From Escherichia phage vB_EcoM_APEC, in the sequence record MT664721: a stretch of DNA of 35,832 bases; one strand, written 5' to 3'. Below, piece by piece: positions 1 through 10,357 of this stretch. How positions within the stretch are numbered: the stretch's first letter is position 1; every line of letters starts with the position of its first letter. The notes beneath the pieces were generated by a model. That model was not told where the DNA came from, did no database searches, and saw only the letters and a program-made list of their open reading frames with translations. The translations under genes and the position numbers were made by a program.

Positions 1-1
1 A

Positions 2-448
2 CGAAAAGCGACGCTAGACGATGTGCCATTGCTGATGTTATTTGCTGACTGGCTAGAGGATGAATCAGCACGATATAAGCGATTAGGCGTAAATAAAGAG
101 AAGGTGGTGAGTCATTTCACTGCCATTATCGAGAACGAGAACACAGGCGTAATTCTTCTTGCTGAACAGAATGGCATAGTTCTTGGTGGCTTTGCTGGTG
201 GTGTGTACTCTGACTGGATGACGGACAGCTTATTGACGTTTGACTATGTGAATTACGTGATGCCTGAATGTCGTGGCCTTAAGATTGGCGAGAAGCTTGT
301 GGCTGAATTTGTCAAGTGGTCAAAGCAAAGAGGTGCTAAACTTGTGCAATGTGGCACAGCGACAGGAATCACACCGGACAAAACCATAGAAATGTATAAA
401 CGGTGTGGCTTCAGAGAGCAAGGCCGATTCTTAGAAATGGAGATATAG
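2..448 (+). CDS. GNAT-family N-acetyltransferase-like protein, 3' portion; 5' end is off the window start (or wraps from 35825)
   Basis: Open frame with no stop back to position 2; motifs YVMPECRGLKIGEKL and MYKRCGF resemble GNAT acetyl-CoA binding motifs; sits after tail tubular B in T7-like order (gp13 slot). Track start is GTG at 23. Confidence 0.5.
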   Translation, partial: RKATLDDVPLLMLFADWLEDESARYKRLGVNKEKVVSHFTAIIENENTGVILLAEQNGIVLGGFAGGVYSDWMTDSLLTFDYVNYVMPECRGLKIGEKLVAEFVKWSKQRGAKLVQCGTATGITPDKTIEMYKRCGFREQGRFLEMEI

Positions 449-450
449 AC

Positions 451-906
451 ATGGGTTCTTCAGCAGCAGCAATTATGCAAGGCGCTCAGGGCATAGTACA
501 GGGGGTTGGTCTTTATCAGGAAGGACGAGCCGCAGATAAACAATCGAAAGTTGATGCGGAACTGTATCAATCAGCAGCACGAGTAGAGGCTAAAAAGATT
601 CGTGAAGCCGCAGCCAATCAAAAGTCATCTGCAATCGCACAGGCCGCAGAGAATGGACTGGATGTAAGCACAGGCACACCTGTTGTGGTGAATGACTACA
701 TCACACAGCAGTCAGAACAGGATGCATGGATGACCATATTGAATGGTCGCGAGGCTGCATCAGTAACAAGACAGCAGGGTAAGGCAGCACGGCGAGCAGG
801 AACATGGGGCTTTGTTTCTTCTGCTACAGGTGGCTTGCTTGCTGCCAAGCAGACTTTAGATACAGCTAAGTCACAAAAAAGACAGACAGCACTTTCAAAG
901 GGGTAA
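451..906 (+). CDS. hypothetical virion protein (gp14-like position)
   Basis: ATG at 451 preceded by GGAG at 439-442; Ala/Gln-rich 152 aa; assigned by position only. The track's upstream extension overlaps the previous gene. Confidence 0.45.
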   Translation: MGSSAAAIMQGAQGIVQGVGLYQEGRAADKQSKVDAELYQSAARVEAKKIREAAANQKSSAIAQAAENGLDVSTGTPVVVNDYITQQSEQDAWMTILNGREAASVTRQQGKAARRAGTWGFVSSATGGLLAAKQTLDTAKSQKRQTALSKG

Positions 907-909
907 GTT

Positions 910-2949
910 ATGGCGCGTATACCGTTGGGTAATTTTGGCAATGTTCGGCCACAGAATACAAATGCTCAGGCATCTGGTGCTGGTGCTCCTTATCAGGCTG
1001 CGGCTCAGGTCTTGAGTGCAGGTGCTAATCTTGTTGGAGCTAATTATACCAATCAGCTTCGAGAACAGAATATTGTAGACCAGATTCAAGAACGTGATGA
1101 ACGTCTTAAATTTGTTGGAATATCAAGTAAAACCGCTGCTGATATTTCCCTGCTTGATGATGACTTGACCACAAAGGTAAATGCTGGCGAGTTGAATCTT
1201 GAACAGTCTATTCAGCAACGACAGGACGGTGTTAAGGCAATTAAAGAGCGATATGCTGCTGATGTACCACAACGCTTTCAAAAGAATTTTGAGCAATGGG
1301 CTGATGTAACGGCTTATGAAAGTTCTTCAAAGCTTGCACCAGTTGTCCAGCAGATGAAGCAAAAGGAAAACCTTCTGGCGGTTGATGAAACCATTGATAA
1401 TGCACTCAAGGTAGGTGACAAGGCTCAATTCATGGCTTTGACCACTCAGGCATTAGAAGCATCGGGGCTACCTTCAAACATTAAACAACAGCGCTTACTT
1501 GAGGCTCAGACGCGTTGGGACAAGAATAGTGCATCAACTGAACTGATTGCCCTTTCAGATGCAGGGGACATAGAAGGCATTAACCAGAAATTCAGCAAAG
1601 AGGAGTTAATCAAGAACTATCCTAACCTTTCTGCTGAAAATATCTTGCAATTTCAGGAGTCAGCAGGACGAGAAGCTGATAGAATCGCGCGCGCAAAAGA
1701 AGTAGAAGAGGCCAAACGGATTAACCTTGCTGGACAGGTATTCAATGACTTTAAATCTGCCGTGCTTACTGGACGTGCTTTAACGCCAGAGCTTCAAGAG
1801 AACACACTAGCTGCGGTTCGCGGTACTGAGTATGAAGCAGAGTTTCAGTTTTATCAGCAGCAATCTAAAAACTTTGGCAAGTTCCAGAACATGAGTACAT
1901 CGGCTCAGCTTGCAGAGATCAATGCAATCAAGGCCAATCTGAAGAACAGTAAGTCAAGTGACCCTCAGACAGAAGAAAAGATACTCGGCGTTTATGAGAA
2001 CATCTATTCTGAGAAACTGAATACTATCCGCAATGACCCATCGCAAGCGGTTCGAGAGGCAGGGGTGAGAGTTCAACCTGTTACAGCAGTGCAAATTGTT
2101 GCCAATCCGCGAGCAGCAGCGGCAAGTATTGTTGAGAATGGTATCAGTCAAATGTCCCTGAAAGATGCCAATGTTTCATTAAAGCCGATTCCTGCTGAAA
2201 ACCTTCCTGAAGCTAAACAGGCATGGAATAAATTAGGCGTTGATGGAAAGCTGAATATGATTAGCGAAATGATTCGTGGTACCAGAAACGTGCCGAATGG
2301 GCCCAAAATTTGGGGTTCTGCACTTGGTCAATTGGCTGATGGCGATTTGTCCTATGTCATGGCTGGCGTTGCACGGATGAATGGCTATAGATCACAAAAG
2401 GGTGAGGATGTTGCAACAGCGATTGTGAGTGGTACCCAACTTCTGAAAAACAAGCAATTTGTCATGCCTAAAGAAGATGACATGCGAAAAGAGTTCAACA
2501 AGTATGTTGGTGGTGCTGTCACCGGAACGGATGCCAATACAATGTACTCGGCATTTAAATCATTGTATGCAAGTTCACTAAGCACTCAGGGGTTAACTCA
2601 TGAAGCCAAGGACGAGAAACCAATCTCAAGCGTACTGAATACGGCATTAAGTCTGGCAACTGGTGGCATGTATACTCAGGGTGACTTTAAAAATTATGTC
2701 GGTGGAAAGATTGAGGACTGGAAGGTATCAAAACCTTATGGCATGAGAGATGACCGTTTTGAGGCACACATTGAAGGTATGTATAAGGGACTGGCTAAGG
2801 CTAACAACGTCAGGGAGTCAGACCTTAAAACGCTAAGATTGCGACGCGCTGGCGTTAATCCGCGCAATGGTGCAATCGTGTATGATCTTATTGACGAGCG
2901 CGGTATTCCAAAGTACAGAGGAACAATGCCTAAAGGGGTTTATAAATGA
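910..2949 (+). CDS. internal virion (core) protein, 679 aa
   Basis: Large ORF in a tightly coupled run (start 4 nt after previous stop); position matches T7 gp15-like proteins. Confidence 0.55.
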   Translation: MARIPLGNFGNVRPQNTNAQASGAGAPYQAAAQVLSAGANLVGANYTNQLREQNIVDQIQERDERLKFVGISSKTAADISLLDDDLTTKVNAGELNLEQSIQQRQDGVKAIKERYAADVPQRFQKNFEQWADVTAYESSSKLAPVVQQMKQKENLLAVDETIDNALKVGDKAQFMALTTQALEASGLPSNIKQQRLLEAQTRWDKNSASTELIALSDAGDIEGINQKFSKEELIKNYPNLSAENILQFQESAGREADRIARAKEVEEAKRINLAGQVFNDFKSAVLTGRALTPELQENTLAAVRGTEYEAEFQFYQQQSKNFGKFQNMSTSAQLAEINAIKANLKNSKSSDPQTEEKILGVYENIYSEKLNTIRNDPSQAVREAGVRVQPVTAVQIVANPRAAAASIVENGISQMSLKDANVSLKPIPAENLPEAKQAWNKLGVDGKLNMISEMIRGTRNVPNGPKIWGSALGQLADGDLSYVMAGVARMNGYRSQKGEDVATAIVSGTQLLKNKQFVMPKEDDMRKEFNKYVGGAVTGTDANTMYSAFKSLYASSLSTQGLTHEAKDEKPISSVLNTALSLATGGMYTQGDFKNYVGGKIEDWKVSKPYGMRDDRFEAHIEGMYKGLAKANNVRESDLKTLRLRRAGVNPRNGAIVYDLIDERGIPKYRGTMPKGVYK

Positions 2950-5558
2950 GTATCTGGTTCTCAGAAGTAAGTGATGATGAGCAAAAGAAGGTCAATGAAG
3001 CAACCTCAAAAGGTTTGCCTTATGAACCTATAGTTAAACGTGAAGAGCCTAGCGCATTCTCAGGTTCTTTGAGTGCTCCGCTGCGTGGTGCTGCTGCTGG
3101 CTTTGCTAAGGTTGCCGATGTGGTTGCTGCACCATTTGATGCAGTGACAGACCGTTTAGCCTATACCGCAAAGGATTTAGGCTCTGAAGGTTTTATCGAG
3201 CCATATTCAGAGTTCAAGCAGACAAGGGAAGATAAACGCGACAGGCTAGTGCTGGGTGGTATTGAAGCACTGGAAGACAAGGAGAATACAGGTGCAGTGG
3301 GTCGGTTTGCCTATAGCATTTCTGACTATGTTACTCGGGGAGTAATCGGTAGTGCATTAGGTGGTATCGGTGGTGCTGCTGTTGTGACTGGTGGTTCTGA
3401 ATCAAACTATGTTTACAAGGACTTGACTAATCAGGGAATAGATGAAGACATTGCTCTGACCACTTCAATCATAGATGGCATGGTTGCTGGCGTATCTACT
3501 GCATTGCCATTGTCTTATGGATTTAAAGGAACTGGTGGTCTGGTGGCTGATGCTGCATTGTCAGTGGGTAGTGCCACAGGTATTTCAGCAGCAGGACAGG
3601 TAGCCAGTGGCGTAGTCCTTAAATCAGGTGGTTATGACAAACAGGCGCAAAAGTATGATGTAACTTGGGAGAGTCTTTCAACTGAACTTGTGCTAAATGG
3701 TCTATTGTTTGGTGCAGGAAGATACGCAAGTACACGCTTGAATAACGATATTGATGCAGAGATTGACAGCATAAGTGTTCAGGATATAGAAGCCAGAAAC
3801 ACGGAGGTACAGGCCGCATTAGCAGTTAATGAGTTACAGCTAGATAGTATCGCTCCTGTAACGCCAAAGGATGCTATTCAGGCGAACAATCACCTCAAGA
3901 ATGTTGACACGGCATTAGAACAAATTAAGTCAGGCCGCCCTGTCAATGTCCCATATAAAATACAAGGTGAAAAGAAAAAAGCGCCTATCAATTACGATAC
4001 TATGCCACTTGCCGGACAGGGTAGAACTATTGCCCGACGTGCCCAGCAGGAAGGTGTCGACCCATCTGTTGCATTGACCATTAGCCACTTGGAAACAGGC
4101 GGTCGGTTCAATCCTTCAGCAAAAAATAAATCATCTACTGCACACGGCGTATTTCAGGTTTTAGATAGGACTTGGCGTAATCTTGGTGGTGGTAATCGCA
4201 ACGATGTGAATGAGCAGATTCGCATTGGCTTAAAGCACATCAAGATGGCGAACAACTATATCAACAAGAATCTAGGCAGGCCTCCGGTAGCGCATGAACA
4301 ATATTTAGGTCACTTGCTTGGACCTGCTGGTGCAGTCAAGGTATTAAAGGCAGACCCTAAACGTCCTTTAATCGATGTGGTTCGTGAATATGACCCGAAG
4401 TATGCCAATGCTATTGTGAACAACAATGGTATGAAGGGATTAACCGTAGGTCAGGCGATTAGCAAATGGGAGAACAAATGGAATAACTTAAGTTCTCGTT
4501 ATGGTGGTGCAGAGGCTACACGTTCAACCGCAATTGCCGGGAATGGTATGCCGGTTGACGTTGCTTATGAAGTGCGTGATATACGTGACTTGCTTGTGGC
4601 ATTTGACAAGGAAGGACGTGCAAATCCTGATTCACCTATTCCTTATGACCGCACAGCAGAAACCACAATGGCTCGCATTGATGCTATGGCCAATGATCTT
4701 GATATAGGAAGGCTAGGCGATTCAATTCGCATGAGTGACGGCGCTCCTATTATTGGTATGGATAACTTTGTAGAAAGTGGCAGTGTAAGAACTGCTGCCA
4801 TTGGTCGTGCTTATGAGTCTGGCAATGCTGATGCTTATAGAAACTTTGTACAAGGTGAGGCTGATCGTCTAGGTCTTGATATTTCAGACATTGAACAGCC
4901 TGTACTCGTTCGTACCAGAACCTCAGACATTGACCGTACACAATTGGCAGGTTTGGTAAACAGTCCAGATGAACTACCGGCAATCCGCTTACCACAAGAG
5001 CAGAATAGTCGTATTGACTATGACTATGAAACCATGGCATCAGACATAACCATGGGTAAGCCTGTAGCAATTAAAGACACCATGGCTAACCTACCGCGAA
5101 CCATGGACACAGCCACAGGAATTGAAACTACTACGTTTGTCGATAATAACGGCACTCGTAATGTTTTAGCGGTACGTGATGGAAACATTGTAGGTCAGGC
5201 AAGGATTGAACCAAACACAGGCAAGATTGATTACACCTCTAGTCCTGATAGTCCAGATATTGAATCGGTGATTAGCTCAAAGGCCAATGAATACGCTACA
5301 ATCGAAACAGCTAAAACTACTGCGAGCGAGTCAGGCTTTGGTGCTTCACCGGAAGAACAGGCAGCATTGGACATTATCATGGCTAATCCTGATCAACCAA
5401 TTTCAGTCAGTCGCATAGACCCTGATGGGAATGTACAGGAAATCACCATAACCTTACGTGAACGGTTTAATGAGCTGAGAGCTGAAGCTGAAAAGGCACA
5501 GCAGGACGTTTTGGCTACACAAACTGCAATATCATGTGCGCTTAAATTTGGGGGTTGA
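2946..5558 (+). CDS. internal virion protein with lytic transglycosylase (SLT-like) domain, 870 aa
   Basis: Motif LTISHLETGGRFNPSA...AHGVFQV resembles SLT catalytic region; overlapping ATGA coupling with neighbours; Gly/Ala-rich N-terminal segment. Confidence 0.65.
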   Translation: MSIWFSEVSDDEQKKVNEATSKGLPYEPIVKREEPSAFSGSLSAPLRGAAAGFAKVADVVAAPFDAVTDRLAYTAKDLGSEGFIEPYSEFKQTREDKRDRLVLGGIEALEDKENTGAVGRFAYSISDYVTRGVIGSALGGIGGAAVVTGGSESNYVYKDLTNQGIDEDIALTTSIIDGMVAGVSTALPLSYGFKGTGGLVADAALSVGSATGISAAGQVASGVVLKSGGYDKQAQKYDVTWESLSTELVLNGLLFGAGRYASTRLNNDIDAEIDSISVQDIEARNTEVQAALAVNELQLDSIAPVTPKDAIQANNHLKNVDTALEQIKSGRPVNVPYKIQGEKKKAPINYDTMPLAGQGRTIARRAQQEGVDPSVALTISHLETGGRFNPSAKNKSSTAHGVFQVLDRTWRNLGGGNRNDVNEQIRIGLKHIKMANNYINKNLGRPPVAHEQYLGHLLGPAGAVKVLKADPKRPLIDVVREYDPKYANAIVNNNGMKGLTVGQAISKWENKWNNLSSRYGGAEATRSTAIAGNGMPVDVAYEVRDIRDLLVAFDKEGRANPDSPIPYDRTAETTMARIDAMANDLDIGRLGDSIRMSDGAPIIGMDNFVESGSVRTAAIGRAYESGNADAYRNFVQGEADRLGLDISDIEQPVLVRTRTSDIDRTQLAGLVNSPDELPAIRLPQEQNSRIDYDYETMASDITMGKPVAIKDTMANLPRTMDTATGIETTTFVDNNGTRNVLAVRDGNIVGQARIEPNTGKIDYTSSPDSPDIESVISSKANEYATIETAKTTASESGFGASPEEQAALDIIMANPDQPISVSRIDPDGNVQEITITLRERFNELRAEAEKAQQDVLATQTAISCALKFGG

Positions 5559-8089
5559 TCGTGAGAAAAGAATGTAAACAGGCAGTAGCACAGGCACTCG
5601 GCAAGGCAGAGCTTAGTACTCAGGAATCAATTGATATTGAGCAGCGCATTGCACAGGCTAAAACCAATCTGGCACGTCAAGATATACAAGCTTGGCGTAA
5701 CCTCTCACCTCTTGAACAACTCACCAAAGCAGGTGAACAGGTTGCAAAGGATATTACCGAACAGGCAAGACGCAAGAACATGATTGCGGCTCAGGATATT
5801 CTTATTCAATCACAAAACCTAGCCAAGCTTGACCATCCAACATTGTCATCCATGGAAGTAGTAGACCGACTCATTGCTGCCCATGGTGATATGTCTGGAA
5901 TTCAATCTATTGATTCTAAATCTCGTGCTATTGCTTCAACATATCGGGGCAGACTGGTGGACCTGTATTCAAATGTTAAAGGTGCAATAGGCGTATTTAC
6001 TGACAAGCAGTTGGTTCAGGACATTATCAGGGAGCGTTTTGGACAGAATACAGATAACGCCGTTGCCAAAAAAATATCAGATGAAATGGGCAAAGTCTTT
6101 GATGATATGCGAGAACGATTTAATCGCTCAGGTGGAGACATTGGTAAGCTGGACAATTGGGGATTACCTCAGACCCATGATGCAGCCAAGATGCTTAAAG
6201 CAGGAAAGGATGCATGGGTAAATGCTACAGAGAACATTGTCGATACCTCAAAATATATCCATGAAGACGGAACGTACTATACAGGCGACGAGATCAAGAA
6301 GCTGTTAGAGAATGCCTTCGATACAATCACCAGTGATGGTGCAAACAAGATTGAGATCGGCAGACAGGCAACAGGTGGTGGCACAAGTAAAGTCACTAAT
6401 CGCCACTCTGAGAGTCGTGTAATTCACTTTAAAGATGCAGATGCTTGGCTTGAGTATCAGGCAGACTTTGGTGGTATGCCATTTGTAGACCTTGTAGAAG
6501 CACATATTAATGGCCTGTCTAAGGATATTGCACTGGTTGAAAACCTAGGCAGCAATCCAAAAAACTCAATGAAAATCCTGATGGATGCCGCAGCCAAAAA
6601 AGACTTTGACAAGGGTATCGAAGCCAAAGACACACAGAAGACACGCAAACGCGCTCAAACCATGTTTGACGAACTAACAGGTGGTAATACACCAGAGTCG
6701 GAAGTATTGGCTAATCTTGGCATTGCATACCGTTCTATGAACGTTGCATCCATGCTGGGTGGTACAACATTATCATCTTTGACTGACCAAGCCATGATCA
6801 AAAAGACAGCAGATATTCACGGCATTGCTTTCCGTAAAACCTTTGGTGAACTGCTAACACAGCTTAACCCGAAGAACAAGGCAGATCGTGAACTTGCACA
6901 TAGCTTAGGCTTGGCAACAGAAGAAATGCTCGGCTCACTGGCTCGCTTTGCTGACGATGGTTTAACTTCTGTACACGGTAAAGCTGAGAAACTGGCAAGA
7001 GTTTCAAGTGGCGTGGCTACTCAGGTTATGCGCCTGTCCGGATTAAATGCATTAACTGCCGCATCCAAGGTTGGCTTTAGTAAAATGCTGATGAGCAAGT
7101 ATGGCGAACTTACACGTAACAAGGCTTGGAATGATTTGTCTGAAATGGACAGAGAACTACTAAGCAAAACCGGACTGTCAGAGCGAGCGTGGGAAGTGAT
7201 GCGTCTTGCTGAGCCTGTCATTGACCGCAAAGGCAATAAGCTCATGTCAAACCGTTCAATCTATGAAATACCAGACGATAAGCTTAAGGCGTTTGGCAAT
7301 CCTAAAAAGGTTCGTGATGAAGTGGCTACACAGTTTCAGGCACACTTACTTGACGAGCAAGGCATGGCGGTAGTAGAAGCTGGACTTCGAGAACGTACTT
7401 TCCTGACTGCTGGACTATCCAAAGGTTCAGTGATGGGAGAGATTGTTCGCTCAATGATGCAGTTTAAATCCTTCCCTGCTGCCTTCTTAATGCGTCACGG
7501 TAGCCGAGCAATGAGTAAGCCAACATTAGGCAGTAGGGTAGGCTATGCTGCATCCATTCTGGCAATGACGACAATACTTGGCGGTCTTGTAGTGCAGTTA
7601 AAAGAACTGGCAAATGGTAATGACCCTCAGACCATGTTTGACAGTGAAGACCCGAAAGTAACTGGCTCGTTCTTTGTTCGCTCAGTGGTACAGGGTGGTG
7701 GCCTATCTATTCTAGGTGACATTCTGGTTGCCGGTTCTGATACTTCGGGACGCGGTGTAGACTCATTCTTTGGTGGGCCATTCGCTCAAGATGTTAAATC
7801 TGTTGCTGGTGTTACGCTCGGCAATGCAACGCAGTATTATGAAGACAAAGATACTAATGCAGCTAACGAGCTGTATCGACTCGTAAAAGGCAAGATTCCC
7901 GCCCAAAATCTCTGGTACACTAAAGCAGCGGCGAACCGTTTAATGTTTGATGAAATTCAGGATATTGTCGCACCAGATTACCGTCAGAAGCTTTTAGACA
8001 AGGCGGAACGTGAGCAAAACCGTACAAGATTTTGGGGTGATGATCTTGGTGACATTCAAACACCAGACTTTGAGAAAGTTGTTCAGTAG
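5555..8089 (+). CDS. internal virion / ejection protein, 844 aa
   Basis: Large coupled ORF after the SLT protein; hydrophobic segment (ASILAMTTILGGLVVQL); assigned by position. Confidence 0.5.
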   Translation: MIVRKECKQAVAQALGKAELSTQESIDIEQRIAQAKTNLARQDIQAWRNLSPLEQLTKAGEQVAKDITEQARRKNMIAAQDILIQSQNLAKLDHPTLSSMEVVDRLIAAHGDMSGIQSIDSKSRAIASTYRGRLVDLYSNVKGAIGVFTDKQLVQDIIRERFGQNTDNAVAKKISDEMGKVFDDMRERFNRSGGDIGKLDNWGLPQTHDAAKMLKAGKDAWVNATENIVDTSKYIHEDGTYYTGDEIKKLLENAFDTITSDGANKIEIGRQATGGGTSKVTNRHSESRVIHFKDADAWLEYQADFGGMPFVDLVEAHINGLSKDIALVENLGSNPKNSMKILMDAAAKKDFDKGIEAKDTQKTRKRAQTMFDELTGGNTPESEVLANLGIAYRSMNVASMLGGTTLSSLTDQAMIKKTADIHGIAFRKTFGELLTQLNPKNKADRELAHSLGLATEEMLGSLARFADDGLTSVHGKAEKLARVSSGVATQVMRLSGLNALTAASKVGFSKMLMSKYGELTRNKAWNDLSEMDRELLSKTGLSERAWEVMRLAEPVIDRKGNKLMSNRSIYEIPDDKLKAFGNPKKVRDEVATQFQAHLLDEQGMAVVEAGLRERTFLTAGLSKGSVMGEIVRSMMQFKSFPAAFLMRHGSRAMSKPTLGSRVGYAASILAMTTILGGLVVQLKELANGNDPQTMFDSEDPKVTGSFFVRSVVQGGGLSILGDILVAGSDTSGRGVDSFFGGPFAQDVKSVAGVTLGNATQYYEDKDTNAANELYRLVKGKIPAQNLWYTKAAANRLMFDEIQDIVAPDYRQKLLDKAEREQNRTRFWGDDLGDIQTPDFEKVVQ

Positions 8090-8097
8090 AGGTGAAT

Positions 8098-8271
8098 ATG
8101 AGTATTTTAAAACACATGTGGAATAACCTTACGTGCAAACATGTATATAAAAAGGTTAGAACTATACACGGCGATGAAATAATTTTCTTGAATTACTCAA
8201 GAAGCGAGTGGGTTTGTAAAAAGTGTGGAAATATTTATTATTCAGAATACCTTGACCGCATAGCGAAGTAA
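8098..8271 (+). CDS. small Cys/His-rich (zinc-ribbon-like) protein, 57 aa
   Basis: ATG at 8098 with GAGGTGA upstream; CKH...CKKCG pattern; below the ORF-track size cutoff; fills the gap before the next gene. Confidence 0.35.
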   Translation: MSILKHMWNNLTCKHVYKKVRTIHGDEIIFLNYSRSEWVCKKCGNIYYSEYLDRIAK

Positions 8272-8280
8272 GGAGGCAGA

Positions 8281-8673
8281 ATGAAAGACATAGATATTTA
8301 TGACCTCGACCTGTCCGATTCAGATATTGATGAACTGGAACGGCGCAGAGAGTTAAGGATTAAAAAACGCATTAATGAACGACATGCTTTGCAGACTGCT
8401 TTAATGTGCGATGACCTGATTGACGAGTCAATGAAAATGGCAAACAGGGGATTAAAAGCAGTTGACCCTGAATCTAAAAACGAGTTCTTTGGATTGAGCA
8501 ATAAAGTTGCCACGCTTGCAGTAAAGATGCAGCAAATCCACTTGATGAAAGTCGGCTTGCTTCCTCCTGTTTCAGCGACAAAGGACACTCAGGAGAGCTA
8601 CGAGGCCAAAGTCATTAAAGAGTATGAAGAACGAGCACAGCGGCGCAAAGAACAAGTCACAAGAGTATCTTAA
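8281..8673 (+). CDS. putative terminase small subunit, 130 aa
   Basis: GGAGG at 8272-8276; sits immediately upstream of and overlapping the terminase large subunit; no motif recognised, positional call. Confidence 0.4.
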   Translation: MKDIDIYDLDLSDSDIDELERRRELRIKKRINERHALQTALMCDDLIDESMKMANRGLKAVDPESKNEFFGLSNKVATLAVKMQQIHLMKVGLLPPVSATKDTQESYEAKVIKEYEERAQRRKEQVTRVS

Positions 8674-10346
8674 TGAAGATTAGTTTCTCTGCTTTTTTTC
8701 TGATGTATGTTGAAGGTCGATTGGGGCTAGAAGCTCCCGACTTTCATTTAGATGCTTGTGACTTCCTGCAAGATTTTGCAATGGGTGGAGAGAATGACCC
8801 CGATGTGGCTGTACTAATGTTTCCGCGCGGCCACTCTAAATCTACCAATCTTGATATATTCAATGCTTGGCTAATTTATGAAGACCCTGAACATTGGATA
8901 TTACATCAGGGGACGGCAGACCGTGACGCTTACAAGTGTAGTCGCGGTACATTGGCCGTACTTAAAACCCATCCTCTAACTGAAAACAACGAGCTATTCA
9001 AGAAGCGAGAAGGAACTACATCTAAATGGTGGGTAAATGGCTCAACAGATGAGCGTTACGGTACGTTCTTTGCTGCTGGTATCTTATCCGGTGTGACTGG
9101 ACAACGTGCAACATTCATCGAAAATGATGACGTTGAAACACCAAAAACCACAAATAATCAAGAGAAGCGAGAGAAGCTTAAAACCACACTAGGCGAGCAA
9201 ACGCATATTGCTGTGCCGAACACCAAAACTTTATTTATTGGCACACCACACAGTCATGATTCACTGTATACGCACTTAATTGAAAAAGGTGCTAAGACGC
9301 TGATTCTAAAGATGTTTGAGAAGGAATATAGGATTGAAAAAGGACAGACTAAAGCGGTCATCCCTTTTGCACCAGTACATGCTTTTGCTGGAATCGGAAA
9401 AGGTGCTAAGTATCTCTATCCTGATAAAGATTATTCTGTTCATGAGATTGATGGTTTTTACCATATAGAAATCTTTGGCGAGCATAACCTTGTTGATTTC
9501 TACTCAAAAAGTATTTGGGAAAAGCGGTTTACTCCGAAGGAAATGGAGAAGCGCCGTGTTAAGTGCGAAACAATTAATGAGTGGGATTCACAGTATCAGA
9601 TGCACGCCCGACCTGTAGGCAATATGCGTCTTGACCCTGATTACCTGAAGCCATATTTAGAAGAGCCCCGACTTGTCACAGCCAATGGAGAAACACGGCT
9701 GTATATCGGTGAGAATAGAATTGTTTCCGTATCGGCCCACCTAGACCCATCATCAGGCAAGAAGAACCGCGATGTGTCAAGCTTTACCATTCTTTTCCAA
9801 GATGATATAGGTCGCTTATATTGGCATCGTTCTGTTGGTCTAACAGGAAAGATTATTAACGTTGATGAGGAAGGTAATATCTGTACAGGTGGTCAAGCGT
9901 GGACTGTCGCCGATTTGGTCAAAGAGTTTAACCTTCCTGCCGTGACGGTAGAAACAAACGGTATTGGGGGCCACGTTCCTGATAACCTTCTTGCAGTATT
10001 TAAAAAACGCAAGATTCGCTGCGCCGTTCAGGGCATACATGAAAGCAAGAACAAGAACATTCGTATCTTAGGGGCTATAGAAGGACCTTTATTGTCTGGC
10101 TATCTATATGCACATGAAAGCATTCTGAAAGATGAGAACGGCAACGATTCGGATATTGTTAAAAAAATGCGTGTATTTAACCCTGAAACACAAGATAATC
10201 CTGATGATGAGATTGATTCACTTGCGAAGGCAATCAGTAATGAGCCTGTTCGCATGGGCCGTAATCTTGAACATTTTAGCGATACCAGACCAGACTGGCG
10301 CGGTATCCAGACCAACACCAAAGCCAAGTCAGCACACAGATATTAA
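8673..10346 (+). CDS. terminase large subunit (T7 gp19-like DNA maturase B)
   Basis: N-terminal ATPase region LMFPRGHSKST resembles T7 gp19 FRGIGKS Walker A region; 557 aa. Confidence 0.85.
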   Translation: MKISFSAFFLMYVEGRLGLEAPDFHLDACDFLQDFAMGGENDPDVAVLMFPRGHSKSTNLDIFNAWLIYEDPEHWILHQGTADRDAYKCSRGTLAVLKTHPLTENNELFKKREGTTSKWWVNGSTDERYGTFFAAGILSGVTGQRATFIENDDVETPKTTNNQEKREKLKTTLGEQTHIAVPNTKTLFIGTPHSHDSLYTHLIEKGAKTLILKMFEKEYRIEKGQTKAVIPFAPVHAFAGIGKGAKYLYPDKDYSVHEIDGFYHIEIFGEHNLVDFYSKSIWEKRFTPKEMEKRRVKCETINEWDSQYQMHARPVGNMRLDPDYLKPYLEEPRLVTANGETRLYIGENRIVSVSAHLDPSSGKKNRDVSSFTILFQDDIGRLYWHRSVGLTGKIINVDEEGNICTGGQAWTVADLVKEFNLPAVTVETNGIGGHVPDNLLAVFKKRKIRCAVQGIHESKNKNIRILGAIEGPLLSGYLYAHESILKDENGNDSDIVKKMRVFNPETQDNPDDEIDSLAKAISNEPVRMGRNLEHFSDTRPDWRGIQTNTKAKSAHRY

Positions 10347-10357
10347 GGGGATTTTTA

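Noticed and set aside
696-5070. Antisense and alternative-frame track ORFs inside the large virion protein genes (e.g. 696..941 -, 1954..2151 -, 3619..3819 -, 4750..5070 -)
   Set aside because: Fully embedded in long coupled genes with Cys/Trp-rich composition typical of shadow ORFs.
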